In this document: in pieces, positions 11,775-22,610 of the stretch | Layout: each line of letters begins with the position of its first letter | How positions within the stretch are numbered: the stretch's first letter is position 1 | Assembly: GCA_051941275.1 (NCBI GenBank) | Contig: JAVEBF010000079.1 | Coordinates: 1-32,558 of the forward strand | DNA from: Dirinaria sp. TL-2023a | Taxonomy: Eukaryota | DNA: 32,558 nt | Direction of reading: 5' to 3' | The notes under the pieces: model-generated | Databases searched by the model: none | Told to the model about the DNA's origin: nothing | What the model saw: the letters and a program-made list of their open reading frames with translations, nothing else | Position numbers and translations under genes: made by a program

Positions 11775-13231
11775 GAGAAGCTGACGTTGCAAATCCTAAT
11801 TGCATAATGGATACGTATACATATAATCTTCGCTACAGAAAGGTAATTAATTAGAGGTATTGCAGTCATGGTCTGTGCTTTCCGCTTACAGCAAAACTGC
11901 AACGAATTTGTGACTTTTGATAACTGCACATTTGTTTCAAGCCCTGCAATTCTCGATGTTTCCTGTTCTATATTCTTTCTCAGAGTCTCATCCTTTTCAA
12001 TTGAGATGTTATTCTCCCAGACAATCTCATCTCCCTGCTGTAGTGGCGCTCCATTCTAGACTTCACCTAGCGAGTCTAGTAACTGTGAGAGGCTGGTCCA
12101 AATTGCCCTTAGTACTGCTTCAAGGCAGCGGGCTTAAATCCCCATTGTGGGATCCCTGGCCATCTGACGATTGTGCTACCCTATTGAGATGGTTTGATCC
12201 TCTGTGGTACATTATGCAGCATACGTCTTACTCATATGTCTATGAGTTCACAAGTCAAGGGGTCCATAAGAATTGAGCTCATAACGTAGCTCCCTACTCT
12301 GTTCAATCACATTCGATGTTCTTAGAGTGAAATTTAATCCCTCTTCTAATCATCATTCACCTTTAAAGGAGCTTGAAGGAATAACATAAATTCAGTAAGT
12401 TCACATAGCTGAACACAACAGTCTCCAACACTCAAGAATCCCAATATATCTTCGTACAGAGTACACTGCTGATAGTGAATAGAGAAGTTCCATAGACTTT
12501 AATTATGATATCAAACAATGCAAGATCTCGGCTTGCCGCTCTATGTCGTCATCTATAAACTTCTAATACATAGCTTTTGTGGTAAGAGCAAGATTGAACA
12601 ATTTTAGCCGGACCTCATCATGCTATCATCTAGGCCAGGCATAAGCTATAGCAGCTTGAACTTCTTGAATCCAGTCGGTCTTTCTGTGATGGAAATTGCT
12701 GTATAATCGTGTTGTAGCATGCTCATCATATCTATGGAATGATTGGGATGAACATCTACAGGCCACCACAACACAGTGGAGATCGTGAATGCCTTTCAGT
12801 TTACTTTATATTCTCTTGAATTCATTATAGGTGAAAGTCACCAGATAACCCGTTTCCTGCAACACATCCGACATCCACCAGTATTTAAAATCTCTCTTTT
12901 CAAGTCAGAAATCACAAACTCAAACCTCCACCACCTTCAAAATTCTCCTATATCAGACCTTCCATAGTTAGGTAGGTTCTTTCTGAATTTTCATACCAGA
13001 CATCAAAGTTCCTTGTGCATTGTGCCAAAATGTTGTAGTTATTCCAATCTCATGCTTGTAATTTGTCTCATTTCAGCTCGGCACTCATCCTGTTCATGCC
13101 TATGCCGTGTTTGGCTGGCACGGTTTCACGACCCACTTCCACGACAAATACCGAAGCCTACTTCCTTTGATCCTGTTTACCTCACACATCTCTGCTTATT
13201 CCCATCCATCCACAACTTAACCTTGCTCTCC

Positions 13232-13859
13232 ATGGGCAAGCCATCCTTCCAACTCCACTCCTCATCATCAAGGCTCCTCACTAGCTCATTTTGTTGTGGA
13301 CTTGGGATCGCAACCCGGCCCTTACCGACAAAGAGACTCGCTGTGCTCAAGCGCTCGGTGAGTCCTGCCATGCTCCACTTGGCACTTGTACTCGGGCAAG
13401 ATAGCGGCTCTGGGTGCTCAGGATATCCGAGATAGACTCGAAGCGTCCTCGTTGCTCCTCTTCTCAACAGTAAGACCCCTGCTTTGTCTCTCCGATCGCG
13501 GAGCTCGGAGTACCACCTGAACTTGTGGATTAGGACTCCATTGCGCTCAAGCCAGTCGGTCCACCTGCCCTTCGGTTTTCCACCAGAGAACTGCTCCACA
13601 CTGACAAGGCAGACTTGATGCACATTCAAGAGTCTGCCGCTTGACTGGTGGTCAGCATCTCACTGTGCTTGACTCACCAGTGGGTCCTCGGTCTCGCCTT
13701 GTCACACTAGCCTGCGGGCTTTCGAAAGAAATGGCTCCGCGCCTCTGAGGTAAGCTCGAAGCGACTTCTCTCTTCATTATGCGCTCTCACATTACTAACA
13801 TCTTCAGTTGCACCACGCTCTTAGTGCTCTTGCACTAAAGCTTAAGGCTCTGGTGCTGC
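13232..13859 (+). pseudogene. Cryptic multi-exon pseudogene or spliced non-coding transcript, unknown family
   Basis: Candidate introns 13358-13421, 13470-13533 and 13750-13807 (GTAAGC...TACTAAC...CAG), all phase 0 from ATG 13232, then another GTAAGT donor at 13860. Exon 3 has two in-frame stops. Confidence 0.4.
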
Positions 13860-16540
13860 GTAAGTGAGCACAGCGCTCATCTCACAGGTCGCAAACCCTT
13901 CCACATCCGAGAAGTTTAGCAACTCATTCCTACCTGCAGTGCCGATAGCTCAGCCGCTCACGAGAAGAGCATCACTCCTCCAAAGACAAGGGATCGTATC
14001 TATCGGCTGCGCCAACCTCGGACAATAAGCGAAGCTCGACGGTCTTGAAACGTAAGCGCCTTCTAGCTTCAGCACGCAGTTCTCATAACTACTTGGTGTG
14101 ACTCACCTACTGAGCGCCAGTCAAATCTTTTATGGAAGGTGGCTAACCTACAACCTAGTTTGATCATAGCACTCTTTCTAGGTTCTTCCCTCCAGGACGT
14201 GATTGTTGTGCATGAACAGCTCTTCAGTTCTGTTGCCTCAAGTTGCATAGCATTTTCGGAACGTACTTGGACCTACAAGAGGCTGAACGATCTTGATCTT
14301 CATGTCGATGGTAAGAGATTGCCACAAATGCCATTGTGCTTGATGAGAGCTGGCACTAAGCTTCTGTTCCTGCAAGAGCTACATATCATTCAGCAGTTTC
14401 CCTCCCTATACTGAGGCCAACCGATTCTCTTCTATCAACACAACAAATACATAACCTCAAAATCATGCCATATCTCGACCAGAGTATGGAGTATGCGTCA
14501 AGAATGAGCCATGTCAACGTAGCTCGACCAACAAGAGAAGTCTTCATCTCTTAAGCGAGCATTGTCTACGAGATAACCAAGGACTGGGCCAGCGACCGAG
14601 ACTACCTGTACGTGGTGCTGGCTACGAACCTGCTGGTATGATTTACAATACTCAGCAGAGCTGTATTTCCTCAGCATCATTGTGTTCGGCACGATGCGAC
14701 CACTATCTCAGCTCGATCTTCGCCCTGGCCGAGAACAATTTTATGTTCTCAGTAGCCCAAGACTCACAACGCCCATGCTCAGAAATGGTTCTTGCACCAC
14801 TCTTGGCCAAAGAAGATAGAGCTCACGAGCCAGCAGACGATGCTACAGGGAGACTGAGACAGGTTGCGGTTTGAAAGGCGTCAACTAAGGCCAACATTCC
14901 CCTTTGTCAGTATGTCATCGACCGGAGTGACTAGAATTAAGCTGAAAGTCTCAACATAGGATCGAATAACGTCACCACTGATACACAAGACATGCAACAA
15001 GATGAACCTAGTCATTCAACTGAGGTCTAGTTGACAGAGATCACGCGGAGTACCTTCCACATTCATCGACAATGAAAACCTTCAAGCCTTTCAAATTCGA
15101 TCCGTCGGATTTATCCAAGTCTGGGAGGAATTCCATCTCTGACTTATTGTCCTGCATTATGCCCTACACTTACCGACATCCTAGACCTTCGATCTCTGTA
15201 TAATATATCACAGATTGGACGATATTCCACAGGTCCAATATCTCCCTGAGGCGAGGAGTTTCCAAAATGGGTTGATCCAATTGTCAAATGCATACAAGAG
15301 CACAAAGAAGTCAATGGGCTTACTTTCATCGGTCAGTTGGTCATTTATGTTGAGTTGATACCTTTCGAGGAATGTACTTGAATAGTCGTGCCACCTCTTG
15401 TGAGTACTCCGCGTGATGCCAATTCCCTGAAGATCAATCAGAAGACTAATAACAACTCAGGCTGGGCTTTCTATATGTCTTCCACCAACATAACTAAGTT
15501 AGCAACCTTCACTGCACCAGGCTTGCCCCTCCAGATTGAAATTTCCAAACATCCTACCTTATTGCCTACTCAGCATCATCAACTTAGCTGTCCGACTGCT
15601 AGCTTTCCGGTTCTTATAACACTACCATTGCCTCCCGCCAACATCATTTGAATGGAGCTCATGCGCTCAGATGGAGCACCGCCGGGTGACTGAGCATGAT
15701 ACACCCGTGTCAGATAATAGCGCTGGCCATAGGGTCCTTTAAAGACAGCAAAATTTGCGAGTGCAGGAGGTAAGCCAATTAAATGGGGCCCAGAAAACTC
15801 TCGGAAAGCTATATAACTGCTTTTGTCGAGCTTGGTCTGATTTGAATTTTTTTTTCTAGGCGCTGATCGTGCCCTTGACAACGTCCATTTCAGCAGCATA
15901 CCAGCCAAGTTTATTCCTCAGACATCAAAACGCTAAGTTCAAAACCACTTTTTGCGAGACGTCCCATTTTCGCATCGCGCAGCGATGGAATATATCCAAG
16001 ACAGCGTCCGCAAGGCTTGGAGCGACTTTCCTTAGATCTTTGATCACAATTACGCAGGAAACAACAAAGACATATCACGAGCAAGCCGGCGGTGAGGGAG
16101 ATCTGAAGCACGGCTTGAGTACGCGCTGAAAATCGAAGCGGCAATATACTCCACGCCTCAAAACACATCCTCTAGCTCGATCATCTTTTTTATGTCTGCT
16201 TACTTACTCTATGCCTTGAGACAGCTGAGGCTTCGACTTTCCAGCAACTGTATTCCTTCACCGAACGTGCGTAAATTGAAGGATCTCATATGTGGACAAT
16301 TCTGATGCTATGATGATACCACAATTTTCATGAAAGGTGAGAATATGTGGTACTGTTTATGACTACAGCCACTGACCTTTGAAAGTTAGTAACCAGATCT
16401 TCGGCAGATCTGTAAGCCATTTACAAATGAAGTTTCTTCTCCCACCGTCTCCGACAAAGAAGAGGTCGAAGCACTGCATCTTCAAACTTCATCGGCAGAT
16501 GAAATTATTTCGGAGCAGCGAAAGTCAGATCAACCAGTCC

Positions 16541-16563
16541 AAAAAAAAAAAAAAAAAAAAAAA
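16541..16563 (+). repeat. Poly(A) homopolymer, 23 nt
   Basis: Read directly from sequence. Confidence 0.95.
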
Positions 16564-17071
16564 CAAGTATGAAAAGCACAAAACTCATACGAACGATTGA
16601 AAATTTATACCATATTTTCTCATAGTCATTACCATATGCAACGTTTACAAGACTCCAATACCGTCAATCGCTCAGAAATTCTTGAGATTACCACCAAAGA
16701 CTGCGCAGAGACAAGATCGCACGGATCTTCCATTGAAGCGGCTCGGGCCTATCGAATCGTCTTTCGAAACTGATTAGGATTTCCAGAATTCCAATATCTT
16801 CAATAATAGTGCAAAGAGAGAGAGGAAAAAAGAAGACACACCTGAGTATCTGGAAAAGTTACTAACTGGACGGACTTCAAAGAGTCTTCAACGATTCGGC
16901 CACTAAGAACATGTCAATGTAGCGACTCAATATCCATACCACCACCAGCCAGCCGACTGCTGGAGTCTTTCTCCTACTATCAAGGATATGGGATCCTAAT
17001 TCTGCCACGGATGAAACGATTCAACCCGCTTATATACTACGCCGAACCAACGCAACGAATCTGGGAAGAAG

Positions 17072-17880
17072 CCAAGGAGGGGTAATCCCCATTATCTAAT
17101 CTGTCCTTTTGTGGTGCATTAGACACCCTTATCGTCATGGGATCAGAGTCGGTGAATTGAGGACGCTAGCTGATGCCATTATAAAAAGGTGGTCTTTCAC
17201 CTTCTCAGCTTTCCGAGGAAAAACCAAGGAGGGGTGATCCCCATCAACTACATGTGTTCTGTCCTTTTGCGAAGTACTAGACAGGCTTATCGTCATGGGG
17301 TCAGAGTTGATGAAGTGGGAACCCTAGCTGTTGCCACTAGAAAAAGGTGATCTTTCACCCTTCTCAATTTTCCGGAAGAAACCAAGGAGGGGTAATCCCC
17401 AGCGCATTTATTGATCTGCCCTTTTGTGGAGCACTAAGCAGCCTTGTTATCATGGGACCAGAGTTGATGAATGAGAGACGCTAGCTGTTGCCATTATAAA
17501 AAGATGATCTTCCACCCTTTTCGACTTTTCGAAAAGAAATCAAGAAGGGATAATCTTCACTAACTAATCTGTTCTTTTGTGGAACATTGGGCATTCTTAT
17601 CGTCATGGGGTCAGAGTCGGGGAATTGAGGATGCTAGCTGTTGCCATTATAAAAAGGTCATCTTTCACCCTTTTCAACTTTCACCTCTCCACCTGTTCAC
17701 CCTTTTCAACTTTTCCGGGAAGAAACCAAGGAGTGGTAATTCCCACCAACTAATATGTCCTTTTATGGAGCACTAGGCAGCCTTGTCGTCATAGGACCAG
17801 AGTTAGTGAATGGGAGGCGCTAGCTGATGCTATTATAAAAGGTGATCTTTCACCCTTTTCAACTTTCACCTCTCCACCTT
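17072..17880 (+). repeat. Non-coding tandem array of five diverged ~152-186 bp units
   Basis: Units start at 17072, 17224, 17382, 17540 and 17726 (ccaaggaggggtaatcccc...cttttgtgg...tcatggg.cagagt...gctagctg.tgccattataaaaaggtgatctttcacccttttc). The 152- and 158-bp spacings are not multiples of 3. Confidence 0.95.
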
Positions 17881-18695
17881 CCCTTGCTCGTCCTTCCAAC
17901 ATCTCAACCTGCACTACTGCTCGATTCGCACGCCTATCAACGTTCTCAGTATGTCTCGGAATACTTTGAGCGACGTACAACTATCCGATCCCGCAGTTGG
18001 CCTATTGATACAACTACAAAATACGACTAAAAGTCTCACTAGATATTTCTAAGGTATTGCACTCAGGTCACCATGTAGTTAGCATTCTCAATATTCATAC
18101 GATTTACCCACATTATTGACATTATAAACGCCCATCATTGTTAGTCCCTGACATCACTGCCTTAGCGTGTAATTTGTAGAATTGGTGCTCACAGTGAGGG
18201 GTAAGGAAATGATAATGGTCCAAACCAGCAAAGTGAGAATGTACCTTGATCTTGTCAAGGGATTACTCATTCTCCTCAGTATCCTTCGACTCTTCAACAC
18301 CTTGTATTCCAGGCAAAATCGTGCGTGATTGTGTCCATGTTCCATTTGATTGATAATGTTTTTTTGGTGTTAAAGACAGCTCGCTTTTCAACCTTTAAAA
18401 AGTGAAATGCATCTTTTAAATCCGAAGGAAATGATATCTCCACCTTCGCGTCTTTTTTCTCGACGACCAGGGTGAATGAAGCATTAATGCAGAACGCGCC
18501 TAATCTCAAAAGGTAACGCGATCTCATCCTTTTCATAATCGTATCTCTTGATGCAGAGAAGATTTCATTGTGGTAATTTCATTTCGCGAGGTGTGAAAGC
18601 TCTATTGAACCTTCAGTAACAATTTTCTGTTCTTTACATCGAGCAGAGACCAACAGGTCTTTCTTTAAGAGCTTAACGGCTGCCCATTTAAGAAA

Positions 18696-20189
18696 ATGGC
18701 ACCCCTCGAAGCTATAGGAGTCAGGGAAACCGGGCATCAGAAGCAGGCATCCGTGGTGGAGAATCGAAATCACTCACTGAACCATAAGAAGAGCGAGGGG
18801 GACGAGGGACCGGCGCGAATAGAAGTGGCAAGTATGTCAGCCTCCATGACGACACCTGCCCAGATGCTGGAGTACATTCAGAGGAACAACGACCTCCCGT
18901 ATACGATTATGATGGTCGATCTTCAAACGCACAAGAGGAATATGTTCCTGGTTCCAGGCAAAAAAGTCCCACTAGACACGAAGCATGCCAATCATCCCGT
19001 CCTTGGATGGACCACCACCGCGCCGATCGACATCAAGAAGCCGTCCACATGGCCTGAGTCTAGAACCCAGCTAACAGACTTCGACATTGGTCGCGTTTGT
19101 AAGGCGAGGATCCCGACGCGTACTCGACATGAAAATTGGCCTTCGACTTTTGACGCGAACGGTAACGTCCGTGTTTCGCGCAAACCCCTCGACCCTCCGG
19201 CCATAGTCGAGGTAGACGGAGAGCTGTTCGTTGCCATCTTCAAGACGAAGTATAGACTGCTTGGGGATCGCGGAAAGGATCTCAACATCTCGCACGAAGG
19301 AGATTATCAGACCACCTACGTGAATAATATACGCCAAGAACTCATAGGCGACCCGAACTACCCCTTTCACGGCAACATCCCGAGCCTGCCTACCCAGCTA
19401 GAATTCATCGAAATGTACAAGCATGATTTCGCCCGACTCCTCACAGGCCACGTGACGGATACAGAAGACGAGGAGCCCCACCCGGCAAAGCGGACGAAGA
19501 CAGCCGAACTCAAAACAACTTCTTCAGACAGCGCGCAAACGCGCAAGAAACTTCTCACATCTAAGGTGCTCAGATCGGTCACTAAAGCCTCGAACTCGAT
19601 CGCGGCACCGTTCGCCTCGTCTGCACCCCGTCAGTCTATCAGCCCGGCAGTCGGGTATACTACATCACCTGCGCCATTCCACGTCGCATCGCCTGCCCTC
19701 AGCCCAATGCCAATCCGCTCAAGAACGGATCGCTTCGCAGAGCGTTATACCGCTGCCAACCCAATCACATCACTGTCCAGCCAGTCGTTGAACGTCAAAG
19801 GGTCAGCCGCTGAGATCTTCAAGAGAATGGGCGAGATGATGGGAAAGCTATGCGACAAGACGGATGAAATAGACGCGCGATTCGCCGCAATTGGAGAAGA
19901 CGCAAGGCTAGGGCAAGCTAATGCCCACACCGACGTCAAAGACAAGGTTCTCTCAGCGGTGGCTCTGTTCGCCGAGCAGTCTGAGGGGTATTTTTGCGAC
20001 TATTTCATGCAATACGATACAGTTCAGAAGGAAATAAAGGCGATGTCACAGGAGCTGTCGGAAACTTACGAGAAGGCGGCGGAGGGAGCTTACCTAGAAC
20101 GGCCGAAGAAATTTTACGACACGTTAACCATCGAAGATGATTGGGCGGATCGTCTCAAGCAATTCGATCACGACAAATCCAAAGCTTAA
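18696..20189 (+). CDS. Intronless hypothetical protein, 497 aa (alternative start 18834); globular-looking N-half, NLS-like PAKRTK, Ser/Pro-rich linker, helical/coiled-coil C-terminus
   Basis: 1.5-kb uninterrupted ORF, more GC-rich than its flanks. No family motif recognised. Confidence 0.8.
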   Translation: MAPLEAIGVRETGHQKQASVVENRNHSLNHKKSEGDEGPARIEVASMSASMTTPAQMLEYIQRNNDLPYTIMMVDLQTHKRNMFLVPGKKVPLDTKHANHPVLGWTTTAPIDIKKPSTWPESRTQLTDFDIGRVCKARIPTRTRHENWPSTFDANGNVRVSRKPLDPPAIVEVDGELFVAIFKTKYRLLGDRGKDLNISHEGDYQTTYVNNIRQELIGDPNYPFHGNIPSLPTQLEFIEMYKHDFARLLTGHVTDTEDEEPHPAKRTKTAELKTTSSDSAQTRKKLLTSKVLRSVTKASNSIAAPFASSAPRQSISPAVGYTTSPAPFHVASPALSPMPIRSRTDRFAERYTAANPITSLSSQSLNVKGSAAEIFKRMGEMMGKLCDKTDEIDARFAAIGEDARLGQANAHTDVKDKVLSAVALFAEQSEGYFCDYFMQYDTVQKEIKAMSQELSETYEKAAEGAYLERPKKFYDTLTIEDDWADRLKQFDHDKSKA

Positions 20190-21400
20190 CATGGCAAGAT
20201 TATGCTGCAAGAAGGGAATGGCCCATCGAGTGAACGAAGAAAGTATGAGCACGGAGGAATAGGAGGACAGAATAGTATCGATCAAAGATGGTTTTACAAT
20301 CGATAGCATGCTTAGAGATTGTCTCTGCTCTTGAGAGTCTACTCGAAGTAGGCTCGTTGATTTGCATCTCACTTCTCGAATCATCTACAGCACGCACCTT
20401 GACGAAGTTCGAACTGCTCATAAAGGACACATCGGGAGTCATTAACGCTACAGGTTTGATAGGGGCTTCCATTTAGGAGATGTCTAAGGAACCAGCCCGG
20501 CTCTTTATCCAGTCAAGCTCGCTGATAAGATAGTCCGGCTAGCTCAATAGGAGCTACATTGACGAATCTCCTTATTGCATTCGTGTGTATAAGAATCGCG
20601 GAACGCTCTGAACCAGTAAAGTAATCACGGAAGTCCCAATAATGTTTGATACACTACCCCTATTGTATTCCTGTCACAGTGGTACCTTAGACTGAATACG
20701 ACATCTATTGGCCTTACCAACAGATTTCCAATACTGATCTACGATCCAGGCTCACCTATGGCTGGGTCCATGTGCAGTCCATAGTATCCTGTCTGTGTTA
20801 CATGCAAACTCATTTACCAAGATTTGAAAAAGTGTATTGCACGTACCGTATTCAATCTGAGGTAATCGACATCTTCACCAAATACTATTTGTCATTGGCG
20901 ATCAAGGTGAATGACGCACTCACATCCATAACGTGCTCATCTCATCTCACTCAACCTAAACTCTTTCTTTTCTTACCCATACCTCTTGACGCATGGCACC
21001 TTGCTTTCCAAGGTCTCAAAGCTCTAGTCAATCGTCCTCAATAACGGATTTCCGTTGTTCACACCGAGAAGAGATCCACGGATCTTCTTTCAACTTACCA
21101 ACTTCACCTCGAATGGACTGCCTCTGTCCTCTGAGCTAGGAAAGGTTCAAAAAACCCACTCAGCTTGCTTTTAGTATGTGGAGAAGGATTTGACTGCTTC
21201 GTCCAACGATTATCCCGTAAGCACCTTACTACGTGATTGCATCAAGGAATAATACGAGCCGGTAAGGTCTCACCACATACGCTACTCCACTTCAGCTGTT
21301 ATTTCTTCGGATCTAACTATAATTCAACGAGGCTAGCTTCACATGCCTCTCCTTTGACCTGAACATCATCAAGACCCGTCATTTCTCTTTGACTTCCACG

Positions 21401-22610
21401 ATGCCGGACAGTGATGCATTGGCGCAGTTGAGGAGGAAATTTCCGCACATACCGTTCATCGGCTTCCACAAGGAAGGAATCTCCTACTCGAGGCCCTTCT
21501 CGGAAGACGCAGTCAAGCCTTCTGTCGACGGCCTCAGAACTACCACGCCCTCGTCAAGCGAGCTCTGCAAGTGCTCTCGTTGCGGTAAGGCAGCAAAGCT
21601 GGTGTGTAGCGGCTGCAAAGGTCTCCCGACCAGTCGTGGAAATGAAACAATCCAGACCTGGTACTGCTCTAACACTTGCCAGAAAGATGATTGGAAACTG
21701 CACAAAGAGAGTTGTAAGATGGCGAAGTCTCGCCAATTGCTGTATCGTGCCGCTAGTATCATCAAGGGGCTCCTCTACATACACCAAGAAAACACTTTTA
21801 CATGGGCTTATTTTAAGAAGATCGAACGGCATGAGCGGTACTGTGTGGTCTTCTTGGATGAAGAAAAAAGTGAGACTAGGAAGAATTTGATAGTGCCGTT
21901 CTCAACGGTGGTGGATGCAACGTCCAACCAACAGGAGCAAGAGGCTATTCTGATGCATAATTCCTGTAATGACGCCGTGGCCATCTTTGGTCCCTATCTA
22001 GTTGAAATTTTAAAAGGTGAAAGCCCTCATTCGAAATCTGAGCTTGCAGAATGAAGTAGGTCGACTTGACTAAGGGCTAGGCAATTTACTCTCCCTCGAA
22101 GAGATTACAGTGATACCGAAAGATCTTCGGATCGAGATACTTGTGTCCCAAAAGTATCTCGGTATCGCCCCAGGCGTGCGGAAAGATGGATGGCATCACA
22201 CCATTTTACGCGTGACATTGACAAATAACGAACAGTTTGCAGTTGATCTAACAGGGGCTCAGTACGGACACTACCAAGAATGTCTTCCCTGGCAAGATTA
22301 TGTTACAACACGAGTCGAGGAGATCATCCAGATCGGAGCTTATGGCGCGGCGAAACAAATGCTAGCGGAGGTAGCGGAGGAGAGAGGTAATCCGACGAAA
22401 TGGGCTCACTCTCTCAACCTCAGCTTTTCCAAAGAGCTGAGGCTTTCCTTGGAGATCTGGAACCGCCACGGAGAAAATTTTGATACACTACTGGCTTCGC
22501 CAGAGGTCCAGTACCAGCCGAAAAAGAAGAGGATGCTTGGGCTAGTGAAGGGGCTCATGGAGTATTCAAGGGAGGAAAGTGTCAAGCAGGGTTCTTGGTG
22601 TCGCAAATAG
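21401..22610 (+). CDS. MYND-type zinc finger protein, ~381 aa, 2 exons (21401-22016, 22081-22610)
   Basis: CSRCGKAAKLVCSGCK...WYCSNTCQKDDWKLHKESC is zf-MYND. A 64-nt intron (GTGAAA...GACTAAG...TAG) joins it in frame to the exon with HHTILRV...AVDLTGAQYG. Confidence 0.9.

Noticed and set aside
9634..11929. Long antisense ORFs (183, 168, 217 aa)
   Set aside because: Shadows of the MFS coding strand.
13177..13629. 150-aa minus-strand ORF
   Set aside because: Non-ATG start and no motif; the splice signals favour the plus strand.
16379..16600. Poly(A) as tail of a retroposed element; poly-Lys ORF
   Set aside because: No target-site duplication or RT remnant found, and the ORF is an artefact of the homopolymer.
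17072..17880. CRISPR array, hammerhead ribozyme, snoRNA or 5S rRNA interpretation of the repeats
   Set aside because: Eukaryotic context with no cas genes and no unique spacers. No conserved CUGANGA/GAAA core. The TGATGA box occurs in only two units. No 5S similarity recognised.
18294..18773. Two same-frame minus-strand ORFs separated by a stop
   Set aside because: No recognisable family. Could be a degenerate coding relic, but unsupported.
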